Assembly (NCBI GenBank): GCA_041737595.1
Contig: JBGSRK010000009.1
Location: forward strand, 43,233 to 107,232
Reading direction: 5' to 3'
Source of the DNA: Patescibacteria group bacterium
GTDB taxonomy: Bacteria; Patescibacteriota; CPR2; UBA1875
Length of the DNA stretch: 64,000 nt
In this document: positions 1 through 9,654 of the stretch, one piece after another
How positions within the stretch are numbered: position 1 is the first letter of the stretch
Layout of the letters: each line of letters begins with the position of its first letter
Notes under the pieces: generated by a model
The model's input: only the letters and a program-made list of their open reading frames with translations
What the model was told of the DNA's origin: nothing
Database searches by the model: none
Position numbers and translations under genes: made by a program

Positions 1-855
1 CATAAGGGCATTCTTTATATCAGGGTTAAAGAGTTCTGAAAGACGAAAATATTTAGTATATTCAAGAACAAGCTCATTACTGTTTTTAAACATTGCCGAT
101 TGAACTCCTAACTTATCCTGAAGAAGTGCAAGGACATCTTTTCCAGTTAATTTATCTTTACCTTCCTGCAAAAGAATACGACTGTATTGAGTATCGATAT
201 CTAATAAATATTTACTTGAGACATTACTATCTACGGCATAAATGTAAAAAATTATCGGTATAAATATAAAAACCTTAGTTATATCTGGGTTTATTAACAA
301 AGACGAAACTATAAGTAAAAAAACTAATAAATACAAAATATTTGTACTCCCCATTAATGGAATTAAGATTAAACCTGCCCCGAATGTCCCAACAATACTT
401 CCAAACGTTGAAACTGCATATATACCACCAACAGTGCTACCGCTGTCTTTTAAATTATTTAGTAATAGTCTTGTTGTATATGGTGTTACCATCCCTAAAA
501 GAAAACTTGTGGGCCCAAAAAGAATAGCCGCTGCAATAAATGATCCTGCAATAGTACTTAAATTAGTCCCCAATAAATCTAAAATAGGTTCTTTAATAAT
601 AATATTTAAAGCGATTAGTAAGGCAGCAATTAAAATTATAGTTGAAAGTTTTTTAGGCTTTGGATCTTTATCCGCATATTTACCACCTAGATAATAACCT
701 AAGCTCAAACTTGCTAAAACTACCCCAATAATATTGGTCCATACATAAATCGCATTTCCAAACTGCGGAGCGATAATTCTTGAACCAACAAGTTCAAAAA
801 TCATTACAACAGCGCCAACTATCGTAATTGCAATATATAAAAATATCCTTTTCAT
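1..855 (-). CDS. Spermidine synthase-like protein with N-terminal multi-TM domain; partial, C-terminus runs off the window edge
   Basis: Reverse translation from ATG at 855..853 gives MKRIFLYIAITIVGAVVMIFELVGSRIIAPQFGNAIYVWTNIIG..., with 7-8 hydrophobic helices followed by YSRILLQEGKDKLTG...LVLEYTKYF, typical of fused membrane/aminopropyltransferase proteins. No stop before position 1. Confidence 0.5.
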   Translation of the reverse strand, partial: MKRIFLYIAITIVGAVVMIFELVGSRIIAPQFGNAIYVWTNIIGVVLASLSLGYYLGGKYADKDPKPKKLSTIILIAALLIALNIIIKEPILDLLGTNLSTIAGSFIAAAILFGPTSFLLGMVTPYTTRLLLNNLKDSGSTVGGIYAVSTFGSIVGTFGAGLILIPLMGSTNILYLLVFLLIVSSLLINPDITKVFIFIPIIFYIYAVDSNVSSKYLLDIDTQYSRILLQEGKDKLTGKDVLALLQDKLGVQSAMFKNSNELVLEYTKYFRLSELFNPDIKNALM

Positions 856-900
856 ACATCGATTATATCAAATATTTATTTAATCTAAATGAGTTAGATA

Positions 901-2130
901 TTAAACAACAAATGTAAGGGCTTTACCGATAGAATCTGCACGGCCTGTTCTACCAATTCTGTGAACATAATCATCGTAGGTTTGAGGAACAGTATAGTTT
1001 ATTACGTGAGTAACTTCTTTTATATCAAGACCTCTTGCTGCAACATCAGTTGCAACTAAGATATCTACTCGATTTTCCTTAAAATTATTAAGAGCTCTTT
1101 GTCTTTGACCTTGTCTTTTGTCTCCATGTATTGAATCAGCTTTAAAACCATGGCTAATAAGATCATTTGAAAGTTTTTCTACATCTCTTTTTGTTTCAGA
1201 AAATACTAAAACCTTATTTGCCCCTGGTTCACTCAGTAAATCTGTAAGTTTCCCAAATTTCATATCTTTACTTGTACGGATAACTTCTTGTTTTACATTA
1301 TTCGAAATTTCTTGAGATTTAACTTGCACAACAATAGGGTTATTTGAGAATATTTCAATTAAAGATTTAATTTTAGGTGGCATTGTTGCTGAGAAAAATA
1401 GACTCTGTCTTTCCTTCGGAAGTTCATTTAACATAAATTTTATTTCATCAACAAAACCCATATCAAGCATACGATCCACCTCATCAAGTATCACATTTTT
1501 AAAAGTATGAAGCCTTATTAAACCTCTATCAGTTAGGTCTTTAATACGTCCAGGTGTTCCAATTATAAAATTTGGATTATGATTTTTAATATCTCTGATT
1601 TGTCGTCCAATAGGCATACCTCCAACGCAAGATACATAAAAAATTCTCATTCTGTATGAAAATTCTCTGAGCTCTGTCTCAATTTGAAGAGCAAGCTCAC
1701 GAGTCGGTGCTACTATTAATACTTTTTCAGTTCTATCTCTATATACTTTTTCAATCATAGGCAAAAGAAAAGCAGCTGTTTTACCAGTACCTGTATTTGC
1801 CATACCAATAAGATCTTTACCTTCAAGAATTGGTTTGATTGATTGATCTTGGATAGGTGTTGGAGTTCGATAGCCTTTATATTTAAGATTATCTTGTATC
1901 CCCACTGATAAATCAAAATCCAAAAAAGTATTTTTGATTACTGTTTTTACTTGCGGTTCTGCCGCTTTTTGAATCGCTTTTTGGATATAAGAATTTATAT
2001 CAAGTTTACTTTCACCTCTTCGCCCTCGATTATATTTTGGGCTATAAGTGTTGTGACCTGGTCTGCTTCTGAAATTACTTTGAGTTCTACCTCTACTAAA
2101 ACCGTTATTTGATCTTCTACTTCCTTGCAT
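901..2130 (-). CDS. DEAD-box ATP-dependent RNA helicase with N-terminal R/G/N-rich extension
   Basis: Motifs GTGKTAAFLLP (Walker A/motif I), PTRELALQ, VLDEVDRML (motif II), SAT, HRIGRTGR (motif VI). Preferred start is ATG 2130..2128 (MQGSRRSN) with a GGGAA SD; the longer ORF reaches 2187. Confidence 0.85.
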   Translation of the reverse strand: MQGSRRSNNGFSRGRTQSNFRSRPGHNTYSPKYNRGRRGESKLDINSYIQKAIQKAAEPQVKTVIKNTFLDFDLSVGIQDNLKYKGYRTPTPIQDQSIKPILEGKDLIGMANTGTGKTAAFLLPMIEKVYRDRTEKVLIVAPTRELALQIETELREFSYRMRIFYVSCVGGMPIGRQIRDIKNHNPNFIIGTPGRIKDLTDRGLIRLHTFKNVILDEVDRMLDMGFVDEIKFMLNELPKERQSLFFSATMPPKIKSLIEIFSNNPIVVQVKSQEISNNVKQEVIRTSKDMKFGKLTDLLSEPGANKVLVFSETKRDVEKLSNDLISHGFKADSIHGDKRQGQRQRALNNFKENRVDILVATDVAARGLDIKEVTHVINYTVPQTYDDYVHRIGRTGRADSIGKALTFVV

Positions 2131-2148
2131 AAAAAAAATTCCCGTCTC

Positions 2149-2163
2149 GACAAATTGTCGGAT
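2149..2163. promoter_or_regulatory. Perfect 15-nt palindrome TCGACAAATTGTCGA just upstream of the helicase start; possible operator
   Basis: Seen directly. A related TCGACAAAAT...ATTTTGTCGA hairpin core recurs in the inter-tRNA elements at 42428 and 58430. Confidence 0.25.
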
Positions 2164-2274
2164 TATTATTATTCTTTCTTTCAACAAGCTGCATAGAACG
2201 TCGAAAGAATAATACTTACGGAAATCTACAAAACTTTATTGACTCGAGAATTATATCAACTTTTTTTATGATTG

Positions 2275-2883
2275 TCAATAATACTTTATAATAGTTTCGA
2301 TAACTCGGTCTAAACTTTTTTCAGAAATCATAATTTTATTTTTTTCTAAGGTTATTCTATTTTTATAAACGTCTGTCCAAGGAATATGAATAAATAAAAA
2401 GGGTATAGGGTTTTCACTTTCTGATATTTTTTTGCTCAATAAATATATTAAAGTATTGCAAATAAACCCTTCAGAATTATTTGAAAGCTCTGCTCTTATA
2501 CCAAATTTTTCTAATTCTTTTACTAGTTGGGGAATTTTCCCCGAAGTATAATAAAATTCTTTATCCCCCTTAATAATTGGAACCCCTGAAAATTGCCTGC
2601 CTTCAGAGTCCATATATTTACTATTTTTAACATTTCTTCCTCGTGTTTCAAATCTAATAGAAGGGACTCTAGATGCAAGGCCAAAAGATATAACAATATC
2701 AGGTTTGTTTTTTTTAATAAGATCAGATGCAACTTTTACGGCATCATTATAGGAACAAGGTAATACTTTACCAATAATAATACTCCCTGCTATTTCCTTC
2801 CCATTAAGTCGGTTAATTAGATCTTGTGTAGGGTTATATTTATAATCCCCAAATGGGTAAAAACCCGTTAAAAGTACTTTTAT
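2275..2883 (-). CDS. pcp: Pyroglutamyl-peptidase I (pyrrolidone-carboxylate peptidase) with non-ATG start (ATA 2883..2881 or ATT 2886..2884)
   Basis: The open frame from the TAA at 2889..2887 reads IIKVLLTGFYPFGDYKYNPTQDLINRLNGKEIAG...SEGFICNTLIYLL...FIHIPW, i.e. MKVLVTGFEPFG-like N-terminus, catalytic Cys in GFICN and His in FIHIP. There is no ATG/GTG/TTG before the first conserved residues. GGAG lies 7 nt upstream of the ATA. Confidence 0.65.
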   Translation of the reverse strand: MKVLLTGFYPFGDYKYNPTQDLINRLNGKEIAGSIIIGKVLPCSYNDAVKVASDLIKKNKPDIVISFGLASRVPSIRFETRGRNVKNSKYMDSEGRQFSGVPIIKGDKEFYYTSGKIPQLVKELEKFGIRAELSNNSEGFICNTLIYLLSKKISESENPIPFLFIHIPWTDVYKNRITLEKNKIMISEKSLDRVIETIIKYY

Positions 2884-2904
2884 AATTTATCTCCAATACA
2901 AATA

Positions 2905-4014
2905 TTAAAAATTAAGAATGCTCTCAGGGGTTTCTCCACCTTGGCTTTTTATTTTTATCCCAGATTCTTTAACTATTGTTCCACAAACCTTTACCTTAAA
3001 TTTATATTTTTCGGCTATTTCTTTTATTTTTTTATCTTCTGGCGCGATAATAAGCATACCTTGCCCCATATTCCAAGTTTGATAAGCCTCCTTATCAGAT
3101 ACTTCTCCCATCTTTTGCATCTCTAACATTAGATCACATGGAGCAAAAAGATTTGGTAAATCTGCTCCTAGCCCTGATGGTCTTAAAATCCTGCCAAGTT
3201 TTCCTGGCACCCCTCCGCCTGTTACATGAACGACTCCATGGATTTCGGTTTTTGGCTCTTTTGAAAAACCACCAGTAAGTTCACAAATAAATTTTGAATA
3301 TATTTTAGAAGGCTCAAGTATTTTTTCTGCCAAATCTTCTTTTTTATGCCATTCATTTCCATAAGCATTTGATAATATCTTTCTGGCTAAAGAAAGTCCA
3401 TTTGATCTGAAACCACTTTCTGAAAGAGCAATAACCTTGTCCCCCTCTTTTATTTCATGGCCAGTAAACATACGATCCTTTCTGGCAAACCAAACTAGAC
3501 CAGCCCCCCAATTATAATTAAAATCACCATAGCCAGAAACTCTTGAACCAAGTTCTGCAAGTTCTCCATTAATAACTGCAACATTTGCTTCTTTTGCAGC
3601 TGCAACATAACCGACGGCTAAATCTTTAAGAAAATTTTTAAATTCAACCCCATTTTTTGAAAGACAATTTACGTCAAGGATTGAACCAATTAATACAGGT
3701 TCACCACCTCTCACTACTGCATCATCACAAACCATCGCAAAAAGATCATATGCAATTGTGTCATGTTTTCCGATTCTCTCACCTATTTCCATTTTTGTCC
3801 CAACACCATCAAAGCCAAGACACATTAATGAACCTTTTGGGAGTTCGCTTACATCAACTACTCTTACTCCGCTAAAATCGTCAAATGGGCTTATTACTTC
3901 ACCAATTTCACCTTTCCGGTTTTCCCAAGTCAATTTAGCAGCTTGAAATAATACTTTTGAAGCATCATCGCCTAATTCAATATCAACACCGGCATCTTTA
4001 TAAGAAATTCCCAT
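2905..4014 (-). CDS. purM: Phosphoribosylformylglycinamidine cyclo-ligase (AIR synthetase)
   Basis: MGISYKDAGVDIELGDDASK... has the typical PurM N-terminus, and AIR synthase-related N and C domains are recognisable. Confidence 0.9.
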   Translation of the reverse strand: MGISYKDAGVDIELGDDASKVLFQAAKLTWENRKGEIGEVISPFDDFSGVRVVDVSELPKGSLMCLGFDGVGTKMEIGERIGKHDTIAYDLFAMVCDDAVVRGGEPVLIGSILDVNCLSKNGVEFKNFLKDLAVGYVAAAKEANVAVINGELAELGSRVSGYGDFNYNWGAGLVWFARKDRMFTGHEIKEGDKVIALSESGFRSNGLSLARKILSNAYGNEWHKKEDLAEKILEPSKIYSKFICELTGGFSKEPKTEIHGVVHVTGGGVPGKLGRILRPSGLGADLPNLFAPCDLMLEMQKMGEVSDKEAYQTWNMGQGMLIIAPEDKKIKEIAEKYKFKVKVCGTIVKESGIKIKSQGGETPESILNF

Positions 4015-4015
4015 T

Positions 4016-4831
4016 TTAATCCTTTTGTTTAAAATAATTTACTGCGTTTTCAAAAATCATAAGAGCGGGTTCATAAATTTCACTTATTGCTATTTTTCTT
4101 CTTCTCGCTTGCTCTCTTTTTTCATAATAATCAGGATGAGAAAGAAATGAAATTGATCTTTCAGGGTGAGGCATCATTCCAAGAATATGGCCTGTTTCGT
4201 CACAAATACCAGCCACATCTTCTAATGCCCCGTTTGGGTTAAATGGAAACTCACCTTCTGCTAAGGTGCTATCTTCTTTCACATACCTAAATACGACTTG
4301 ATCTGAGTCATTCATTTTACTCATCATTTTTTCATCGGCATAAAAATTACCCTCACCATGTGCAATTGGAATATTCATTTCTTTTATACCTTTTGTAAAA
4401 ACACAAATATTTGATTCAACCCTTATCTTAACCCAACGGCATTCAAACCTAGCCTTCTGATTATGGAGAAGGGCAACCTGTTTTTCTCCATACCCACCAT
4501 TGGCTGCAGGAAGTAACCCTAAATTAACTAGAATTTGGAAACCATTGCATATTCCAATTATCAGATTACCTCTCTTAATAAAATCTTTAATCTCTGTAAA
4601 TAGGTTATTTTTTATTTTATTCGCAAAAGCTTTTCCAGAACCAGTATCATCACCATAAGAGAAACCACCCGGGAAAACAAGAATCTGAGCACTTTTTAAC
4701 TTTGATTTATCTTCTGTTAAATCATTTATATGAACAATTTCTACATCTGCACCAACCTTATTAAATGCAAAAGCAGTCTCCTCGTCACAATTTATCCCAT
4801 ATCCGGTGATTACAATTACTTTTGGTTTCAT
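4016..4831 (-). CDS. purQ: FGAM synthase glutaminase subunit (class I GATase)
   Basis: MKPKVIVITGYGINCDEETAFAF...GICNGFQIL...HPER. It sits between purL and purM. Confidence 0.9.
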   Translation of the reverse strand: MKPKVIVITGYGINCDEETAFAFNKVGADVEIVHINDLTEDKSKLKSAQILVFPGGFSYGDDTGSGKAFANKIKNNLFTEIKDFIKRGNLIIGICNGFQILVNLGLLPAANGGYGEKQVALLHNQKARFECRWVKIRVESNICVFTKGIKEMNIPIAHGEGNFYADEKMMSKMNDSDQVVFRYVKEDSTLAEGEFPFNPNGALEDVAGICDETGHILGMMPHPERSISFLSHPDYYEKREQARRRKIAISEIYEPALMIFENAVNYFKQKD

Positions 4832-7768
4832 TTAATAGTCCTTTAATGTTTTATGATAATTATTTTGAAGATCATTTATTAATAAATTAATTATTTTTTC
4901 CCCATTACTATTTATTATAAATCGGTTATTATCTGAAACCTCGCCAATAAATGTAGCGTCCACTGAAAACAATTTTTCAAATTCTTCTTTATTTTCCTTT
5001 GCTATACTTACTAAAAATCTACTCTGTGTTTCAGAAAATAAATATTGATCCTTTTTTATTGTTTTTTCATCAGTATTTATATCTATTTTTACCCCTAAAT
5101 TACTAGATATCGTACTTTTTGCAAGAGCTACCCCAATACCACCTCTCTCAATACTAATCGACGAAGCTAATAGCCCCCTTTTTATAGCAATGGTAACTTT
5201 TTGGTATCTTTCTTTTGCAACTTTGGCATCAACTTTTGGAGAAGTATTCCCAATCGCGCCGAGTAATTTATAATATTCACTTCCACCTAATTCATCCTTT
5301 GTTTCTCCAATAACATATATTAAATCACCAGGAGTTTTAAAAGCTATATCTATAGTTTCAGAAACATCATCTATAACCCCTATTGAAGATATTAACAGAG
5401 TTGGCGGGACTGATATTTTTATTTTATTATCTGAATCATCTTCATACCCAACAAAATCATTAAACATACTGTCTTTCCCGGAAATAAATGGTGTTTCAAA
5501 GGCAACTGAATAATCATAACAAGCCTTAACAGCTTCTTTTAGTTGACCTAATCTTTCTGGCTCATTTGAACTACACCAACAGAAATTATCTAAAAGAGCT
5601 AATTTATTAATATCACCACCGGCAGAAATTGCATTTCTTATAGCAGTATCAATTGTACAAGCAGCCATGTGGTAAGTGTCTATTTCTGAAAGATTTGGGT
5701 ATAAGGCTTGTGAAAGTACTACTCCTTTTTTTGAATCAAGCCTTGGTCTTGTTATTGTAGTTGTCGAATTCACTCTACCTTTACCTTGAAGTGGTTTTAA
5801 AACCGAACCTCCTTGTACTTCATGATCATATTGGGTAGAGATAAATTCAAAAGAAGATATATTTAATGTCGAGAGTATATCACAAATTATTTTATCTAGA
5901 TCTGTTGGGAATTTGTCTGGTTCTGGATTTATTTTTTTTTGATATGAAGATGTGAGAACTTTATCAGGGAGACCATCATGAAGAAAGTCCATACTAATAT
6001 CCATAATTACATTATTATTGAATTTAACAATACATTTCCCGTTATTTTTAAATTCTCCTATAATTGTTGCTTCTACTCCTCTTTTTTTCATTAATATATC
6101 GAAAGAATTCCATTTTTCTTTTGGAACTGAAAGAGTCATTCTTTCTTGAGATTCAGAAATCCAAATTTCCCAAGGTTTAAGACCAGGATACTTTAATGGA
6201 ACCTTTTCTAAATCAACAACACACCCACCACATTCTTTTGCCATTTCAGCTACCGAACAAGAAATCCCACCTGCCCCGTTATCTGTAATACTTGTATATA
6301 AATCTAAATCTCTTGCTTCTTTTACAATTGCATCAGAAAGCTTTTTTTGTGTTATTGGATCTCCAATTTGGACTGCAGTTGCAGGACTCCCAGAATCCAT
6401 TGCTTCAGATGAAAAAGTAGCACCATGGATACCATCTGCCCCAACCTTGCCGCCAATCATTACAATATAATCACCAGACTGTGCTTGTTTTTTTGTACTA
6501 TCTTTCCTATTTATTGTCCGAGGGATTAACCCAACCGTACCAACAAAAACTAGTGGCTTTCCTCGATATTTTTCATCAAAGTAAATAAATCCCTGAGGAC
6601 TAGGTATTCCAGAACAATTTCCACCGACATTAACCCCTGAAATTACACCTTCCATTATTTTCCTTGGGCTAAGCATTTTTTGAGTTTTATTTGACCCTTT
6701 ATAAAGTTTTCTTTCGTCTCTTGGATCAGCAAAACAAAATCCATAACGATTAATAACTGGTTTTGCTCCCATACCAAACCCAATTGTGTCACGATTAACT
6801 CCGACTATCCCAGTAATTGCTCCTCCGAAAGGATCAAGAGCAGAAGGGGAATTATGTGTCTCAACCTTATCTGTAATTAAATATTCATCGTCAAATATAA
6901 TCCCACCAGAATTATCAACAAAAACTGAAACACAAATATCATTCTTCCCTTTTTTCTTTCTAATTTCCTGGGTAGCTTTTTTAATGTAATCTTTGTAAAG
7001 CCCCCCTTTAATTTCATCTAAAGAAGCAGCAAAAATAGTATGTTTACAATGTTCTGACCAGGTTTGTGCAAGAGATTCAATTTCAATATCGGTTGGTATG
7101 CGTTTTTCTTTATTAAAATATTTTTTAATTTCTTTTAGTGATTCAAGATCAAGTGCTAAGGGGCCCCTTCTTGAACCATCTTTGTTTAAAACACCCTCTT
7201 TTCCCAGTTTTGTAAGTTCTTCATCTGAAAGATCTAAAGAAACTAAATCAGTAGTTTGACCTAATTCAAGTTTGACTAAAGGAGTTGAGATACCCATACC
7301 ATTGTTTTTGATATAATCATTCTTAGATAAAAGTTGGGCTCTTTGAATAAGTGGGTTATAAAGTGATTCAGAAATTTCTTTTTGTTTATCAATTTCACCA
7401 CTTATAAGATATAAAAATGATGAATATACAGACTCCTCATTCTTAAAATCACAATTTATTGATTCCGAAATTTCCTCTTTAATAGTAGTTGCAATATTAT
7501 CAGTTACTCCCGGTAAAAAACCTATTTCAATTGCAAAATCAAAGTTTTCTATACTAGTTGGCTCATCAATTTTTATCTCTTCATTTACTGAATTAAGTAA
7601 TAGATCGGTGATTTTTTTAAGCTCATTTTGGCTAAAATCTTTTGCTATAGTATAAACATTAATAATTTTTACATTAGATATTTTGAATCCAAGAGATTTT
7701 AAATCAGCAAGTAGTGTTTCAGACCTGCCATCATGAATTTTTGATTTTATTTCTACCCTGTGTCCCAT
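4832..7768 (-). CDS. purL: FGAM synthase II with fused N-terminal PurS-like domain (PurS-PurL fusion)
   Basis: 978 aa. The first ~80 aa (MGHRVEIKSKIHDGRSETLLADLKSLGF...) are PurS-like. The rest is PurL, with duplicated AIRS-like domains, GG.TG..G, and DNGAGG motifs. Confidence 0.85.
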   Translation of the reverse strand: MGHRVEIKSKIHDGRSETLLADLKSLGFKISNVKIINVYTIAKDFSQNELKKITDLLLNSVNEEIKIDEPTSIENFDFAIEIGFLPGVTDNIATTIKEEISESINCDFKNEESVYSSFLYLISGEIDKQKEISESLYNPLIQRAQLLSKNDYIKNNGMGISTPLVKLELGQTTDLVSLDLSDEELTKLGKEGVLNKDGSRRGPLALDLESLKEIKKYFNKEKRIPTDIEIESLAQTWSEHCKHTIFAASLDEIKGGLYKDYIKKATQEIRKKKGKNDICVSVFVDNSGGIIFDDEYLITDKVETHNSPSALDPFGGAITGIVGVNRDTIGFGMGAKPVINRYGFCFADPRDERKLYKGSNKTQKMLSPRKIMEGVISGVNVGGNCSGIPSPQGFIYFDEKYRGKPLVFVGTVGLIPRTINRKDSTKKQAQSGDYIVMIGGKVGADGIHGATFSSEAMDSGSPATAVQIGDPITQKKLSDAIVKEARDLDLYTSITDNGAGGISCSVAEMAKECGGCVVDLEKVPLKYPGLKPWEIWISESQERMTLSVPKEKWNSFDILMKKRGVEATIIGEFKNNGKCIVKFNNNVIMDISMDFLHDGLPDKVLTSSYQKKINPEPDKFPTDLDKIICDILSTLNISSFEFISTQYDHEVQGGSVLKPLQGKGRVNSTTTITRPRLDSKKGVVLSQALYPNLSEIDTYHMAACTIDTAIRNAISAGGDINKLALLDNFCWCSSNEPERLGQLKEAVKACYDYSVAFETPFISGKDSMFNDFVGYEDDSDNKIKISVPPTLLISSIGVIDDVSETIDIAFKTPGDLIYVIGETKDELGGSEYYKLLGAIGNTSPKVDAKVAKERYQKVTIAIKRGLLASSISIERGGIGVALAKSTISSNLGVKIDINTDEKTIKKDQYLFSETQSRFLVSIAKENKEEFEKLFSVDATFIGEVSDNNRFIINSNGEKIINLLINDLQNNYHKTLKDY

Positions 7769-7935
7769 CTATATTTATTTAATCACAGTTTTTATTTATT
7801 AAGAAGCTTTTTAAGGTTATTGGATATTTCGACCATTTACAGCTTATGGTTCTGATGATAGAATGTCTCCACGTGAATATAGGATATGGATCCGTACTCA
7901 GGTTCCTAAAAACCGAAAGGCAAGGTGAATATCTA

Positions 7936-8847
7936 ATGAACGAAGATAGGACTGGCTTTCAACCTGATCATAGGGGGAAAGTCAGAGATATCTACGATCT
8001 TGGGGACAGACTTCTCCTAATCGCTACCGATCGAGCTTCGTCGTTTGATGTTGTTCTCCCTGGCACGATTCCTGGGCGCGGGGTGATTCTCACCAAGATC
8101 TCGAAGTTCTGGCTTGAGGGTCCACTCGCAGATATCGTCCCTAACCACCTTCTGAGCACCAATATCCTCGATCTTCCAGCTGACTTCCTGATGCAGTTCA
8201 CTTCTGATGAAGTGGACTATCTCGAAGGTAGAATCATGATCGCGAAAAAGGCCAAGGTTTTCCCTGTCGAATGTATTGTCAGGGGATATTTGGCCGGCTC
8301 AGGTCTCAAGGAGTACAACAATCAAGGGACCGTTTGCGGGATCGTTCTTCCTACTGGTTTGGTCAATTCCGACAAACTGCCGGAACCGATCTTTACTCCG
8401 TCAACCAAGGCCGAGGCAGGCTCCCACGACGAAAACATCACTTTTGGGCAGATGTGTCGCATTGTCGGCGAGTCAGTCGCAGTAGAACTCAAGCGGCTCT
8501 CTCTCGAACTCTACAACAGAGCGGCCGAACACGCTCTGGTACGAGGTGTCATCATTGCCGATACCAAGTTCGAGTTCGGAATCATCAACGACGAGATCAT
8601 GTTGATCGACGAAGTTCTGACCCCTGACTCATCTCGGTTCTGGCCTCTCGATGAGTACGAGCCAGGTCGGGAGCAGAACAGCTTCGACAAGCAGATCCTG
8701 AGGAACTACCTTACGGGTCTCAAGAAGCAAGGTCTGTGGAATGGAGAAGCCCCTGGGCCTGTCATTTCTCAAGAGATCGTCGAACAGACTATCGCACGCT
8801 ATCGCGAAGTCTACGGGAGAATCACCGGTCATACCTATATGGTCTGA
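7936..8847 (+). CDS. purC: SAICAR synthetase, long (actinobacterial-type) form; high-GC island gene
   Basis: GKVRDIYDLGDRLLLIATDRASSFDVVLPGTIPGRGVILTKISKFW ... IIADTKFEFG ... LTPDSSRFWP. GC ~55% versus ~30% in the flanks. The real start ATG is at 7936 (the ORF-track start at 7846 is an upstream extension). Confidence 0.85.
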   Translation: MNEDRTGFQPDHRGKVRDIYDLGDRLLLIATDRASSFDVVLPGTIPGRGVILTKISKFWLEGPLADIVPNHLLSTNILDLPADFLMQFTSDEVDYLEGRIMIAKKAKVFPVECIVRGYLAGSGLKEYNNQGTVCGIVLPTGLVNSDKLPEPIFTPSTKAEAGSHDENITFGQMCRIVGESVAVELKRLSLELYNRAAEHALVRGVIIADTKFEFGIINDEIMLIDEVLTPDSSRFWPLDEYEPGREQNSFDKQILRNYLTGLKKQGLWNGEAPGPVISQEIVEQTIARYREVYGRITGHTYMV

Positions 8848-8880
8848 CACCAACCCCTCAGAAGAAAGTGCTCCATGAAG

Positions 8881-8912
8881 GACCTCTCGCGCGAGGGGTT
8901 CTTTATTATTTA
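8881..8912 (+). terminator. Rho-independent terminator after purC
   Basis: GC hairpin CCTCTCGCGCGAGGGG followed by TTCTTTATTATTTATTT. Confidence 0.5.
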
Positions 8913-8913
8913 T

Positions 8914-9654
8914 TTATCTAACTATATCCCAATCAGATTCTTTATCATTTTTTAAAATAACTCTGTAAAAATAACTTTTCATTCTTTTAACGAGTTGTGA
9001 AAAAAATCTCCCTTGAAAACGACGATAACTAGTTTCTAGAATTAATTTGGGACAATATTTAATTTTTCCTATTTCTTTTACTCTTAAAGATAAATCAACA
9101 TCTTCAAGTGCGCTAATTTCGGGGTTAAACCCCCTTGACTTTAAATAGGCTTTTTTTGTAATCGCAAAGTTTAAACCCCGAAAAGCATACCCCCGATTAA
9201 ATATTCGATGGATATAATCGAAAAATATCATGGCAGACCGGAAAGAAAAATTAAATATATCGCTCTTATCAAAAAATCTATATGTCCCAACTGTTCCTAC
9301 ATATCTGTTATCATTTATATTATTATAAATTTTTATTAGCCAATCTGACGGTAGAACTGTATCTGCATCAGTGCTCGCAATAATTTCACTTTTGACCTTA
9401 GTAAAACCTTTTTTCCGAGCAGAACCAATCCCTTGTTTTTTCTCTTTTACAATCTTTAGGGTTGGTAATTTTTTTTTGTATTTATTTATTATTTCTAAAG
9501 TTTTATCAGTTGAATTATTATCAACTAGAATTAGTTCATATGATACCTCTTTAGAAAGATTTAATATCGAATTCAAGAGATGTATTATAGATTTCTCTTC
9601 ATTATAGAATGGTATAACAATAGATATTTTTGGACTATTTTGTAAATTCATCTT
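8914..9654 (-). CDS. Family 2 glycosyltransferase
   Basis: [11 protein letters not shown]...[12 protein letters not shown]...DADTV (DXD) are GT2 hallmarks. The start is probably MKMNLQ or MNLQ rather than the longest ORF. Confidence 0.75.
   Translation of the reverse strand, partial: KMNLQNSPKISIVIPFYNEEKSIIHLLNSILNLSKEVSYELILVDNNSTDKTLEIINKYKKKLPTLKIVKEKKQGIGSARKKGFTKVKSEIIASTDADTVLPSDWLIKIYNNINDNRYVGTVGTYRFFDKSDIFNFSFRSAMIFFDYIHRIFNRGYAFRGLNFAITKKAYLKSRGFNPEISALEDVDLSLRVKEIGKIKYCPKLILETSYRRFQGRFFSQLVKRMKSYFYRVILKNDKESDWDIVR

Noticed and set aside
2523-2732. 69-aa ORF on the minus strand upstream of the annotated pcp ORF
   Set aside because: It is out of frame with the continuous Pcp reading frame that extends to 2883. 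The Pcp homology covers this region in a different frame.
7769-7935. Purine (or ZTP) riboswitch between the divergent purSL and purC genes
   Set aside because: A GGAUAUGG string resembles the purine-riboswitch L2. The required P2/P3 helices and UUUCUACC/CCGUAAAU elements are absent on either strand, and no ZTP pseudoknot motif was found.
7846-7935. Longer purC start at 7846 (MVLMIECLHV...)
   Set aside because: The N-terminal extension has no similarity to PurC. ATG 7936 aligns with the conserved PurC N-terminus and has a GGTGA SD-like sequence.
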